Assembly (NCBI RefSeq): GCF_001194135.2
Contig: NC_068981.1
Location: 73,891,512 to 73,955,511, forward strand
DNA from: Octopus bimaculoides
Taxonomy: Eukaryota
Direction of reading: 5' to 3'
DNA length: 64,000 bases
The translations under genes and the position numbers were made by a program. The notes beneath the pieces were generated by a model, which was given only the letters and a program-made list of their open reading frames with translations, was not told the DNA's origin and made no database searches. Positions 26,528 through 38,409 of this stretch are shown here, one piece after another. How positions within the stretch are numbered: the first letter of the stretch is position 1; each line of letters starts with the position of its first letter.

Positions 26528-29500
26528 GAATTTACGAAAAAACAAAAGACAAAGANNNNNNNNNNNNNNNNNNNNNNNNNNNNNNNNNNNNNNNNNNNNN
26601 NNNNNNNNNNNNNNNNNNNNNNNNNNNNNNNNNNNNNNNNNNNNNNNNNNNNNNNNNNNNNNNNNNNNNNNNNNNNNNNNNNNNNNNNNNNNNNNNNNNN
26701 NNNNNNNNNNNNNNNNNNNNNNNNNNNNNNNNNNNNNNNNNNNNNNNNNNNNNNNNNNNNNNNNNNNNNNNNNNNNNNNNNNNNNNNNNNNNNNNNNNNN
26801 NNNNNNNNNNNNNNNNNNNNNNNNNNNNNNNNNNNNNNNNNNNNNNNNNNNNNNNNNNNNNNNNNNNNNNNNNNNNNNNNNNNNNNNNNNNNNNNNNNNN
26901 NNNNNNAAGCAGAGCTGGATTTATGAGGGGTCAAAGAGGGCAATTGCCCCAGGCACCTTTACTCTTATATAAATTATTGCTTTAAGGGGTGCGAGAACAT
27001 ATTAAAAGTTTTTAGGGGTGTGTGGCATAAAAAAGGTTGGGAACCACTGTACTAGATTATTACATATATAATTCCTGCCTAATCTATTTCTGCATATCAA
27101 GCAAAACTACTTCTCAAATAACTGCAGGGACCCATTATCTTTCTTTCTTACTAAAACTTGCCTTTGCTAAGCTTACTTTGAGGCCTTTCAATTCTGGGTT
27201 TTGCATCTAAAGTGTCATGCCTAAATCTTTTATAGATTCACCTATAAGAACTAGATCAACAACATACAGAATTCCAACTGAAAACCAGTCAAACGTTTTC
27301 TGTTGTAACCTAGAGGACTATAATAAAGAGGAGTGAAGGATAAGAAGTGAGGCCTATGGACTCATCCCTGCAAGTTAAATTCATCATTGAACTCATCACT
27401 AAATCTCACCTTACTAACTGCACTGCTCTACATGGCTTGCAAGGATTTCACAAGTCATTCATTTACCCCTCATTCCCTTAGCTACATCCAGATTACTGAG
27501 TGCGGAACTGTGTCAAAAGGTTTTTAAGATCAATGAACACTAGCTACAGAGGATTACACCAAGCTAAGTACTTCTGCAGTTGTCTCCCTATAAACAGAGC
27601 ATTAGTAGTACCTTTTACTGATACAATGCCAAATTCTTCCTAATCAATTGTGCCATAACTCTTTCATAAATTCCATTACCTACTCCATTTATATAAAGCC
27701 TCTCCTTTTCAATAACCTCATGTAATAGCTTTTCCACAACTTTCTTTTGATATCAGTGACAGCATGTGTGCCACTATCATTCCATATACACTTCTCCCCC
27801 AAAACATTTCAATTCTCAGAACAGCAATACATTCCATTTCATAAAACAGGATATAAATTTTACCTTTGTTTGGTGGATATTTGGGATTTTTTCCACCACC
27901 CACAAGAGCAAGATAATTACAACGAAACAGCATTTCTATGTGACCTATTCCGCCATCATTGAAGTCTAAAAAGAAAAAAAGAAAAAAAAAACAGAAAAAT
28001 GAAAAGACATTAAGAAAGTGGAATTTTAAAACATTAGAGAACATTATCAAATACAAAAAAGTCATATTTTTACTTTAACGACACTGGAAAAATGATAATT
28101 TTTATTTTATACAANNNNNNNNNNNNNNNNNNNNNNNNNNNNNNNNNNNNNNNNNNNNNNNNNNNNNNNNNNNNNNNNNNNNNNNNNNNNNNNNNNNNNN
28201 NNNNNNNNNNNNNNNNNNNNNNNNNNNNNNNNNNNNNNNNNNNNNNNNNNNNNNNNNNNNNNNNNNNNNNNNNNNNNNNNNNNNNNNNNNNNNNNNNNNN
28301 NNNNNNNNNNNNNNNNNNNNNNNNNNNNNNNNNNNNNNNNNNNNNNNNNNNNNNNNNNNNNNNNNNNNNNNNNNNNNNNNNNNNNNNNNNNNNNNNNNNN
28401 NNNNNNNNNNNNNNNNNNNNNNNNNNNNNNNNNNNNNNNNNNNNNNNNNNNNNNNNNNNNNNNNNNNNNNNNNNNNNNNNNNNNNNAAGTGGAGATTTCA
28501 GCCTTGAAGATGGAGACCGAACAGGACGTCCAGTTGAGTTTGATGATAAGCCCCTTGAGGCATTACTTGAAGAAAATCCTGCATTATCAGTTGAAGAATT
28601 GGCAATGAAGCTTAGTTCAAACCATACAACTGTTCATCGTCATCTTCAACAACTTGGAAAGGTTCCTAAACTTAGGAAATGGGTGACTCATGAATTGTCC
28701 GAAAGCAACCGCAAATCCCAAGTTGACATCTGCTCTTCTCTTCATTCTTGCGAACTTATTTCACCCTTTTTGGATAGACTTGTGGCTGGTGATGAAAAAT
28801 GGATCTTCTATCGAAATATTAAACATCATAAACAGTGGCTTGGTAAATGGGAAAAGGCTCAACCACAACTGAGAAGGGAACTTCATGGAAAAAAGGTTCT
28901 TCTCTCTATCTGGTGGGATTGCAAAGGAGTAATTCACTTTGTTACCACCTAATGCAACAATCAATGCTCACGTCTACTGTCAGCAATTAGAGCATTTGAA
29001 CCAAGCTTTGAAGGAAAAAAGAGCTGCTTTAGTGAATCGGAAAGGAGTGATGTTTCATCAGGACAATGCACGACCCCACACTGCAAAGATCACATCCCAG
29101 AAGATCAAAGAGCTTGGTTGGGAAAAAATTCCTCATCCACCTTATTTTCTCGACCTTGCTCCTTCAGACTACCATTTGTTTCATAGTTCACAGAATCATT
29201 TGGGAAACATAACTTTCGCAAGCCAAGAAGAGATCGAAACTGACATTTCAGAGTTTTTTGCTTTGAAACCAAAAGAGTTTTAATCCATTGATGGGATTAA
29301 AAAGCTTGTAAATAATAGATGGAATGAATCATAGATAATCAGGGAAAGTATATTGATGATTAAATTTCAATTAAATATAACATTTGATCACTTGTTTTCT
29401 TTATTCAAAATTCGGACAGAACTTATGGGATGACCTGATATATTTGACAAAAAAAGAAAATGTCTTAGCAGTGTTATATGCAAATGCTAAAATATTTGTA

Positions 29501-32074
29501 ATGCATAAACAAAACCCTGAGATTATTCTAAACACACACACATAAATAAATATACTTTATTGAGGGTGTGGAGTTGCTGGATGATCAAATACAGTTTTGG
29601 CAAAGCATTGACATTTTTTATGTTATCGTAATTTTAAAATTTTGATGTTAAGTTTGTACTTGTCCTTGTATTAGAATTTACCTTGCCTTACATCTTCGGT
29701 TATCTGCCAGGAGTTAATCAGACACAGTCTGCATAAATACTTAAGCCATTGATCAGTGTGAGGTTCGTTTTGATGGACAACGGTCATGTTTTTAGACATT
29801 GGTATTGTTTAATCCTGGAATAAACATGATAGAGCAGAGCCATTGTCAAAAATATTTTGAAGAGGGAAAGATGTGATTTGAAAAAGATTTGGCTGCTATT
29901 TCTAGCAGGTCGAACTGCCACATAGTAGCTCCCTCTTTCGGTTTGTTGTCTTTGATTGTTTATAATAGCACATCTGGCAGCATCAGTTAAGATATCTAAA
30001 AGATATTGATATACATGAGAAAACGAGTATCAATGGTAGGAAGAGAGTAAGCTTCTAGTCTTATTCAATTGTAACTTTAGATATAGCCATTGTCAGTGGT
30101 GGATTGGCCAGGTTGCCAGCTTACCCGATAGCAACTGGGCCCCTACGCCATAAGTATCCATATGGGGGGGTGGGGGGCTTGTTAGTATCTAAGGGACCCA
30201 TCCCCTCAAGTTTGAGAATTTTTTATTCACTCCTGGAAAAACACATTAATTATTTCAGCCTGGCTGTGTTTGTAGACAGTTGGAAAGAATACTTTTAAGA
30301 AAAAAAAAAAAAACTAAATGATAGCATTGTAGTTGCCAGTGGGCCCCCCTTAGTCTCCTGGCAACCAATATTTTTAAACCCAGTTCACCACTGGCCATTG
30401 TTGTAAGCTTTCTATGTTTCAATGAACAGTTGGATTGTTCTGACAGAAACTTCCCCATCTTCAACTATTATTTGTGGTGGTAGTTGTTGCTGGTGGTGAT
30501 GTTACTATACTAACTAACTTAGCTCCTACATGAACATTCTTCTAGTTATGAAACTTTCACATTCTGCTTGGTGTCTCAAGAAAATAAACAGCAGCAGTAG
30601 TTCCCTCCTATTTGTTAACAGTTGCAAATGAGCAAGTGATGTTGAACCAATGCATTAACATTGAAATTATATTGAGTATAAATCTAAATACCAAATATAT
30701 ATATATATATATATATATAGGAAAATGAAAAATAATAATAAGGCAGAATGCTAAACTGGAAGCATATTTTAATAAAGATTTCTAACCGGGTTTCTTTGTG
30801 AAGCAAATTTTCAAGAAGAGGGAGAATGAAAATGTTTTTTACAAAGAAGTACAAAATGAAGAAAATAATATATAAAAAAATAAATATACCAATACATTAT
30901 ATCGTCTTTGAGCTTTTGAAGTTCAATGGTAATTCATGTATATAATGGTTGGAAAAAGAAGGATGCATGAGAATTGAGAGTTGTGTTANNNNNNNNNNNN
31001 NNNNNNNNNNNNNNNNNNNNNNNNNNNNNNNNNNNNNNNNNNNNNNNNNNNNNNNNNNNNNNNNNNNNNNNNNNNNNNNNNNNNNNNNNNNNNNNNNNNN
31101 NNNNNNNNNNNNNNNNNNNNNNNNNNNNNNNNNNNNNNNNNNNNNNNNNNNNNNNNNNNNNNNNNNNNNNNNNNNNNNNNNNNNNNNNNNNNNNNNNNNN
31201 NNNNNNNNNNNNNNNNNNNNNNNNNNNNNNNNNNNNNNNNNNNNNNNNNNNNNNNNNNNNNNNNNNNNNNNNNNNNNNNNNNNNNNNNNNNNNNNNNNNN
31301 NNNNNNNNNNNNNNNNNNNNNNNNNNNNNNNNNNNNNNNNNNNNNNNNNNNNNNNNNNNNNNNNNNNNNNNNNNACAACTCTCAATTCTCATGCATCCTT
31401 GTTTTTCCAACCATTATATACATGAATTACCATTGAACTTCAAAAGCTCAAAGACAATATAATGTATTGGTATATTTATTTTTTTATATATTATTTTTTT
31501 ATATATCATTTTCTTCATTTTGTACTTCTTTGTAAAAAAACATTTTCATTCTCCCTCTTCTTGAAAATTTGCTTCGCAATGAAAGCCGGTTAGAGAAATC
31601 TTTATTAAAATATGCTTCCAGTTTAGCATTCTTCCTTATTATTATTTTTCATTTTCCTATTATTTCTCCACGTGCGGTTAACACAACCCCACTATTTACT
31701 GACATATATCATCGTTTAACATCCGCTTTCCAAGCTAGCATGGGTTGGACCATATATATCTTTTGTAAGATATTTTAGCAATGATGGTGTGAGTGTAGGG
31801 ACATGGTGTAACTATATAATTAAATCCATGCCAGTGTTTCACACTGGTACCTATGTGGATATTAACATACCATAAGACATATTCTATTATAAAGTCACTC
31901 ACAAACCTATAACGGGCAACACACTTCATTGTACATATGTTGAACATTTTAATAAGGCAATAATGCTTAAGTCAAAACAAACATAACTGTTACACTTACC
32001 TTGCCTTTCTTTCTCTTTTAAAGGGTCGGTGTTGTAAACCCGGAAACCACTTTCCATACCACATGCAAAGCATC
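2475..32074 (-). CDS. WDR45B: WD repeat domain phosphoinositide-interacting protein 3 (WIPI3/WDR45B, Atg18/PROPPIN family); spliced CDS, exons 2-10, first coding exon missing
   Basis: Nine GT-AG exons (75,102,88,95,191,86,102,125,107 nt) join in frame to [76 protein letters not shown]...[13 protein letters not shown]...[14 protein letters not shown]. It matches WIPI3 as I recall it, including the LRRG phosphoinositide-binding motif. Confidence 0.97.
3941..4065 (-). CDS. WDR45B: WIPI3 exon 9: (S)[41 protein letters not shown](V)
   Basis: Acceptor tttcttttcag, donor gtaagc; 125 nt; in ORF 3879..4115. Confidence 0.96.
4140..4674 (+). mobile_element. Internally deleted Tc1/mariner-superfamily element (maT/rosa-like) with ~80-bp TIRs
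   Basis: TA-flanked long TIRs (GTCCCAAA.GTCACTGATG...AAATAAATGCATGAAATTTTGAT); remnant [12 protein letters not shown]...INWP...[14 protein letters not shown]...CHFSDVIF. Confidence 0.8.
6164..6265 (-). CDS. WDR45B: WIPI3 exon 8: (C)[33 protein letters not shown](S)
   Basis: Acceptor cttttatttcag, donor gtattt; 102 nt. Confidence 0.96.
6898..6983 (-). CDS. WDR45B: WIPI3 exon 7: [28 protein letters not shown](C), carries LRRG motif
   Basis: Acceptor tattgtag, donor gttagt; 86 nt. Confidence 0.96.
8800..9120 (+). mobile_element. tRNA-derived SINE with CORE-like central segment
   Basis: A/B boxes (GATGGTTAGAGC; GAGTTTGATTCC) followed by GGCAAGATACTTTATTTCA..CTAGTTCACTCAGCT; related remnant at ~63645-63800. 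Confidence 0.6.
9855..10045 (-). CDS. WDR45B: WIPI3 exon 6: (G)[63 protein letters not shown]
   Basis: Acceptor atttgtag, donor gtaagt; 191 nt; in ORF 9804..10064. Confidence 0.97.
10791..10885 (-). CDS. WDR45B: WIPI3 exon 5: (R)[31 protein letters not shown](G)
   Basis: Acceptor ttttctag, donor gtaagt; 95 nt. Confidence 0.96.
11366..11553. mobile_element. hAT-Charlie-like MITE
   Basis: CAGTAGTTCTCAACC...GAGAAACACTG ends. Related remnants at ~16530-16833, ~26985-27048, ~41575-41800. Confidence 0.55.
11640..11875 (+). mobile_element. RTE ORF 3' end fragment
   Basis: [38 protein letters not shown] (GRP-KTW motif). Confidence 0.7.
14894..15710 (+). mobile_element. Internally deleted mariner-like element (different family)
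   Basis: TA-flanked TIRs (GTACATTCAAAAAGTATC on both ends); remnant N-terminal HTH reading like [10 protein letters not shown]...EWYNYFK...SRPSTS. Confidence 0.75.
17050..17137 (-). CDS. WDR45B: WIPI3 exon 4: (V)[28 protein letters not shown](R)
   Basis: Acceptor ttttctcttttag, donor gtttgt; 88 nt; not in ORF track. Confidence 0.95.
18301..18657 (+). mobile_element. Abundant octopod tRNA-derived SINE (head GTGGCTGTGTGGTAAGAAGCTTGCTTCCCAACC...)
   Basis: Pol III boxes and central (GT)n. Copies at ~5490-5812(-), 16235-16522(+), 24835-25100(-), 26278-26505(-), 35390-35548(-), 38932-39300(-), 50841-51180(+). Confidence 0.8.
18968..19466. repeat. Tandem duplication of a ~250-bp unit
   Basis: ttactgcattttgtcatggagaaaaattctc...gtttgtataatgaaaattt occurs twice with scattered substitutions. 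Confidence 0.9.
20139..20707. mobile_element. Partial-tandem plus inverted pLTR-like element (family B)
   Basis: Direct repeats 20139-20233 / 20490-20584 (351-bp period) flank the hammerhead; 20588-20707 is an inverted copy of 20207-20326. Confidence 0.6.
20363..20405 (-). ncRNA. Minimal type I hammerhead motif (family B), weakened helix II
   Basis: TCCAGA-CTGATGA-TGAGCAAAGACCCA-GAAA-CATG-TC-TCTGGA: 6-bp helix I, intact cores, palindromic ACAUGU helix III, GUC triplet. Confidence 0.65.
22386..22743. mobile_element. pLTR/retrozyme-like element (family C): one ~240-bp unit plus inverted partial copy, two degenerate hammerheads
   Basis: Arms 22453-22561 / 22632-22743. Minus 22565-22510 reads AGCCG-CTGATGA-TAATT..AATTC-AAAA-TCGTGAT-A-CGGCT; plus 22633-22683 reads CTGATGA-GAATT..AATTT-AAAA-TCATGAT-A-TGGCT. 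Confidence 0.6.
25313..25686 (+). mobile_element. Full-length tRNA-derived SINE with (CAA)n tail and 13-bp TSD
   Basis: A-box TGGCCCAGTGG, B-box GGTTTCAATTCC; TSD CCATAGGAGACAA at 25300-25312 / 25687-25699. Other copies at 5103-5256(+) and 38025-38409(-). Confidence 0.88.
27240..27710 (-). mobile_element. Degraded RTE reverse-transcriptase core fragment
   Basis: Minus-strand LVFIDL..(frameshift)[10 protein letters not shown] and a decayed GVHQGSVLSPLLF-like segment. Confidence 0.6.
27864..27965 (-). CDS. WDR45B: WIPI3 exon 3: (D)[33 protein letters not shown](V)
   Basis: Polypyrimidine tract + ag, donor gtaaaa; 102 nt; visible in ORF 27718..28065. Confidence 0.96.
28487..29438 (+). mobile_element. 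Mariner (DD34D) transposon, same family; 5' end hidden in N gap 28115-28486
   Basis: [21 protein letters not shown]...DLAPSDY with 34 residues between the 2nd and 3rd D (counted). Right TIR identical to 57371-57400, followed by TA. A 5-bp deletion near 28940 causes a frameshift. Confidence 0.93.
30094..30393. mobile_element. 300-bp hAT-type MITE
   Basis: CAGTGGTGGATT...GTTCACCACTG termini; perfect 8-bp TSD GCCATTGT at 30086-93 / 30394-401. Confidence 0.82.
30719..31658. repeat. ~270-bp inverted repeat arms flanking an N gap
   Basis: 30719-30988 is the reverse complement of 31375-31658 apart from several substitutions and small indels. Confidence 0.85.
32000..32074 (-). CDS. WDR45B: WIPI3 exon 2: (G)[24 protein letters not shown](D)
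   Basis: Acceptor ttttaattttag, donor gtaagt; 75 nt, phase 1-1. Confidence 0.96.
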
Positions 32075-35000
32075 CTAAAATTAAAAACAAACAAGAAAAT
32101 TACAATTATAACCAAAAAAGGGTCCATGATGAATTGGTTTCCTTATAAGGGCAACCATCTGAAAGTATAAAGGTATACAATATACTTAGGATAATTTAAC
32201 CAGCACGGCTAGAAAGAAATTGACAATTATTTGCACACAAAGCTTTGTGAGTGGGTTAGGTAGACAGAAACTGAAAGAAGCCCATCGTGTGTGTGTGTGT
32301 GCGTGTGTGTGTACCCTAGTCTTGAGGTTGTGTGCTGATTCTAAACAAACATTAAGTCATACTAAACAATGTTGTTCATTTCTAGTGTTCCGTGGAGAAT
32401 ATGTCTAATGATAGGGAAATATTACTTTGCTTAGAAAAAGATGAGGGTTGGGGTTTAAGAAGAGCATTCAACCATATAAAATCTAGCTCAATAAACTCCA
32501 TCCAACCCATGCAAGCATAGAAGAGTGGATGTTAAGACGATGATGATGATTTTGACTTTACTTCCAGTAATAGCCTGCACATCTTTGCTGACCAATTAAA
32601 AAAAAAACCCACAGACACAGCACATCAAAACCTTAGTGCCTCTTTTGCTTTAAATCTGCTTTCTCGACAAATTTGTCTGATATATAAACTTCCTCTCTCA
32701 ATTATTCTGCTATCCTTCTCCCTCTTTCCATCCCTCGCCCACCACTCTTAGCACCCATTTAAAAGTCTGCAAGTGTAGTTAGCCACTCCCATTCTTTCAC
32801 TTCTTGTAAGCTAAAACTTGAACCTTTCAAACAGCAGTCTGAATGAGTCCAAACAACAAAACCTGTGAATAACTGTTACATCTTCTTATGATATAAATAA
32901 CAATCAATCTCTATTGGTTTCCATGAATATTCAATTCTTTGATCATCTGGTTTACCTGCAACTCATTGAATTTAATATGCAAGTAAGTGGCTGAACACTC
33001 CACAGACACATGTACATGTAATTCAAATCTTAGGTAAAATCAGCATGATACACAAAGTGAAAGGACTGGATTTTAAATTACAAGTACAATTTATCCAACA
33101 GGCTTCCACAAAGTTTCCATCTACCAAATTTCACTGACAAGGTTTGGGGCAACCCAATGCTATGGTAGAAGATACATGCTTGCTTGAGATGCCACACAGT
33201 AGGAACTGAACCCAGGAATCAAGGACTGCAAATATTTTTTTTTTAACCATTTGGCAGTTTATCTAAATGAAAATTGATATTCAAAAACTAAAGCATGGAA
33301 ATTGTAAAATACTGAATTATATATTTTCTATATTGGAGCTTTTGATATTCATTCAATTTAGTACAAGTAGTGGAGTTATTCTCAGAAACATCAGGAAATT
33401 CCAAGGAATAAGAAACAATTAATTAGTCTTCCACATAATCTATTTCTGACTCAAGTGTTTAAGCCTTTTACATTTAAACTGGCCATATCTAGCCCAAAAA
33501 TTCTATCTTTTATATGTTTGAACTGGCCAGACTCAGCCTCTCATGCCCACCCTACAATGTTATTCTAAAAATAACACTCACATCTTTGAAATTTCAAAGA
33601 TATGAGATAATGCATGATTAATTCAAAACAATGTGAATTAAGCATTACATTTGACAGAGTAATCTGAATGCTAACAGCTACTAACTTAGATTTACTTACA
33701 CAGAAATTAATTATTTCTCTATATTTTAACTTTAAAAAAATTATAATACCAAAGCATATTTATGTCTGAAATATATGCAGTTCTTGTCGTCAAACAAGTT
33801 TGAGTATATTTCAAGTTCTCAACAAACAGCATATGTAATTAGAAAAAAAAAAATTCTATCACTCCCTCTTTCCATTTACCACTACTTATCAAGTTTCTAC
33901 TTAAAGCTGCTGCTCTGCAAATAAAATAATAGTTTAAAACTATATAGAAATACTGTTTAGTTACTTTATATATTGATGATAGTTTGAAAAGCACTAAAAA
34001 TTCTCTTCATAACAAACAATTTGATCTACAGCTCAACAGTGTGTTTTTTTATTATTTCAAGCAGGTTGCGTGGATCCAAGCTACTCTTTCTCTTCAAGCA
34101 TTCCTGTCTTCTATGATGTTTTTGAGATTTTCTATTTGTAACTCAACATTATAAGAGCTGACCAATGCATGTCATTCTAGCATATCATCTGATATGCAAT
34201 TTCCCATGGCTTGGAATCTGCAAAAGAAGCTCATTCAATAATTCATCTTTGCTTTAATAGCAGTGACTACCATATCTGGTCACCAGCTCTTGAATAATTG
34301 ATATGTTGGGGATATTTCTATAAAGCCCTTCCTTTGTTAGAAATAACAACACATTTTAGATAGAAATAATTGGGAACTTCTCAGCAAGGCCTTCTCATGT
34401 AGTTAAGAGCCATCTACTATATTTGATGTAATGAATAAAAAACTAAGTTTAATCAACCGTGAATACATCCATTGTGAAAAGAAAAAATGTTTAGGATCAA
34501 TGACAATTTTTGCTCAGAATGGTAAGGGAGATGACTCTGAAACAAAGTGATTAAAAACTGAATGAGAAAGAGAGACGTGCAGTGGGTAGTGAGGTTGATC
34601 TTTGGGAAATACAAAGACAACTCTGGACATGTTTCAGTCTTACCACATCTGCTCAGTAGAGGATATTCTTATACTTTCTTGTAGTATTCTCATACTTGTT
34701 AGGCTTTAAAATGAATGAGTACAGCTAGGCATACCTTCTGCATGGAAAATTAATGGTTAATTAGGGAATAACATAACCTACATTCATTTTATAAAGAAAT
34801 GTAGTTTAACATTTGCTATTTGAACACAATTAGCATTTATGCTGTGCTTTAGTGTAAAGAGAATGTTTAACACTTGTTGAATTATCATTAAAAAGTAAAT
34901 AACCTAAACCTATGTAAATTAAATTATATTTCTTTAGACCTAGACAGAAAGTAATGATGAACATTAGTAATTATGAAACCAATCTTTTCATCATCTATAT

Positions 35001-37154
35001 CAATTTGTTGACAACTTAGTCCTCAGACGTCATTCACACTAAGACAACATTTGTTTAGAACATTTAAATATACTTCAACATGTTGAAGTTTTACAATTCG
35101 TTACATATATCTAATTAATTAATTCAGACATAGTCATCATAGTTTTCCCATCTATTTGTCTCATTCTTGCAGGCGTCAGATTTGTTGAGGCAGGTTTTCT
35201 AATGGCCAGATGCCTTTTCTGTTATTAACTCTCATCTGTTTCCAAGCAAGATGATATTTTCCCTAGTCTGGACATGTTTTCATGGAAAACTGTAAACAGA
35301 CTTTTTATGATGTTGACATTCGTTTACAATTAACAAGTTCTAAGACAAGGGCACAAACATATATGCATATGTACATATATACATGATAGGTTTCTTTTTT
35401 AGTTTCTGTCTACTAAATCCACTCACAAGGCTTTGATTGACCCGAGACTATAGTAAAAGACATTTGCTCAAGGTGTCACCCAGTGGGACTGAACCAAAGA
35501 TTATGTGGCTGTGAATCAAACTTCTTAACCATACAGCCATACATGTGCCTTACACTGTGGTGATTTTTAGAGCAAATTCAAAGAAAATAGATAATCACAA
35601 ATAAATAAATAAATCACCAAATGAATTAATTCCAATTTCTTTTTAAATAGATATGTATTTTACTTTCGTAGCTTCAGCAGAATGGTTTTAGATATTTATA
35701 TTCTATACAATGTGTCCAAACGTGATTTACAACCAAATTAACAAAAATGAGTTAAAGGAAAATGGCTGAAAATATTTAAAAAGAAAAGCAAACTTTAAAA
35801 ATAAATGAGTTTGATAAAGATAAATACAAATAAATGTATATGGTTCTGGCTATGTTATTGAATTATTTTTTTGCTACATTCAAATTGCTGTGAAGATTAT
35901 AAGATTTAGAGTAAACAAAATATGTGGTATTAGGATACAAACAAAAATCAATTTACTTCTTGGTTTCTGTCTGTACTATTTTATATGAAATATTCTTATT
36001 AAATTACATTTTAAGCTTTACATATAAACACACATCTATACATACATATATTATGTGTACTACTGATGTAATATTATCTATATGACAATTTTCAGTCTGT
36101 AGTCATTTTTAGTCACGATTAATAAACCAGTGTACCCATTCCAATGAAGGAAGAGTGACAGAAGAAAAAAATAAAGTAGGGATGAGAAAGTCTAAAACAA
36201 ACAGAATGGCTCCCTTGATAATTCTCCTGTCAAGTTTAAATAATGTTTTACTTATGCATTTACTTTGCCATATTATACAAGAGGCATGGTTATGTTGTGT
36301 GAATAATCACATGATTAAAACACTAAATCTCATGCCCATGTGATTTCTGACTTCCGTCTCAGCTTATTGACAAGGAGAGAGAGAGACACACAGCCATGCA
36401 AGATATGCAACTTCCATCAGAAAAGCAAAAGGGAAATCCACAAACTCAAAACCACACATATGACATTTAGGGAATTAAGAAATTAACATGCACAACAATA
36501 TCTTCATTTAATTATACCAAAAGTGCAAAGTTTCCAAGATCTGGAAATCAGACAAAATTCTAGTACTTATCTTCAAAATTCTTAGGAAAACAAACATTTA
36601 TTATATTGGCTTCAAATTTTGACACAAAGCCATCAATTTCAGGGGTGTGGGTATAAGTCTATTACATTGACCCCTATGCTCAACTGGCGTCTAGGCAATA
36701 ACAGCCCCATAAGGACAAAAGGTAATGTCAATCCCAACCAATGTGGTGTTCATTTATTACATTAGCAACTCATTACCATTCCAAATTCAAAACATGGATT
36801 CAAGCCTCTGTAGTCAGTAATAACAGAGTCTTACACAAAGAACATGTGACAGCTATAACACTCAAAGCTATTACATATGCCACCATAAGTATCATTGACA
36901 TCATTTGACTACACTTGTCACAAACCACATATAAACAAAATACAAAGCAATTTGATAGCCAACACAATATGCTGCTTAGTTTACAAAGCTTGTGCAACCT
37001 ACAATACAGATACAAAATCTGTAATTTCCAGAACCAAGCACAGCAAAGATATGTAAACTTATCACCAGCATTCCATCACCATTCACATGATATATATATA
37101 TATATATATAATTGTGATTTCGAATCTTGTTGAATATATATATANNNNNNNNNN

Positions 37155-37199
<45 letters not shown>

Positions 37200-37202
<3 letters not shown>

Positions 37203-37430
37203 TTATATGATTGATAAAAGAAGATGAGTTTAACCCTAAGCGTTAAAAGCCGCTGATGAGAATTAAGGTGTCAACAAGATTCGAAATCACAATTCTGTTT
37301 CATACAATAGGGGCTTACCTCTCATTGTCAATCATTGAGTTGTGATTTGTAGCTTTGGAGTTAATTTAACTCTTATTTTAGCATAAACAGTGCTGGCTAG
37401 CACCCTCAGTCACTTTTGCAACCTCTATTA
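37200..37430 (+). mobile_element. Second family C unit with hammerhead core at 37248-37299
   Basis: Aligns by eye with the reverse complement of 22386-22620; reads AGCCG-CTGATGA-GAAT..ATTC-GAAA-TCACAAT-T-CTGTT. Confidence 0.6.
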
Positions 37431-38024
37431 ATTTTGCCTCTAGGTTCTAATTGCTAATAAGCGAACCTTTTTATTAGTGTGTGTGTGCGCGCACACACTG
37501 TAGTTTAACTAAAAGACCAATCTTCAGAATGTTTCATGGTAAGTTAAGCAGTCAACCCTACTACAGATAGCAAGCAGTTTCATTGTACATCACAGACAAT
37601 AAATGCATTTGACAGGTTACCATATGCAGTTTGCTTTAACCCTTTAGCACTTAAAACAGCCATAACAGGCCCAAATATTCTACCAGTTCTATGTTCAAAT
37701 TGACGAGATCTGGCTTCTCACATCTACTCCACAATCTCATACCAAAAATATACCAATAATGTAAGCACATTATTGAAATTGCAAAGCTACAAGACAAAAC
37801 CTGATTAATTCAAAATGATGTGAATAAATATTAACATTTGACAGAGTAAGCTGAATGTTAATGAATTAAGAAAGCAAATGACTGTAGATCAATATAAATT
37901 CAAAGAAAGGAACATGTGTATGATGAGCTGTCTACCAAATCCATTCACAAAATTTCTTCAACATGGGGCTATAAGAGACACTAGTCAAAGGTGCCCTGCA
38001 GTGGGATTTTACCTGGAACCAAAT

Positions 38025-38409
38025 TGTTGTTGGCACTCCATCACTTACGACATCGAGGGTTCCAGTTGAACCGATCAACGGAACAGCCTGCTCGTGAAAT
38101 TATCGTGCAAGTGGCTGAGCACTCCAGAGACACGTATACCCTTAACGTAGTTCTCGGGGATATTCAGTGTGGCATAGTGTGACAAGGCTGGCCCTTTGAA
38201 TTACAGGCACAACAGAAACAGGAAGTAAGAGTGAGAGAAAGTTGTGGTGAAAGAATACAACAGGGTTCGCCACCATCCCCTGCCGGAGCCTCGTGGAGCT
38301 TTAGGTGTTTTTGCTCAATAAACACTCACAATGCCTGGTCTGGGAATCGAAACCGTAATCCTAAGATCACGAGTCTGCTGCCCTAACCACTGGGCTATTG
38401 CACCTCCAC
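38025..38409 (-). mobile_element. Full-length SINE (same family as 25313) nested in an older SINE
   Basis: TSD CCTGGAACCAAAT at 38012-38024 / 38412-38424 interrupts an older SINE spanning ~37920-38460. Confidence 0.85.
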
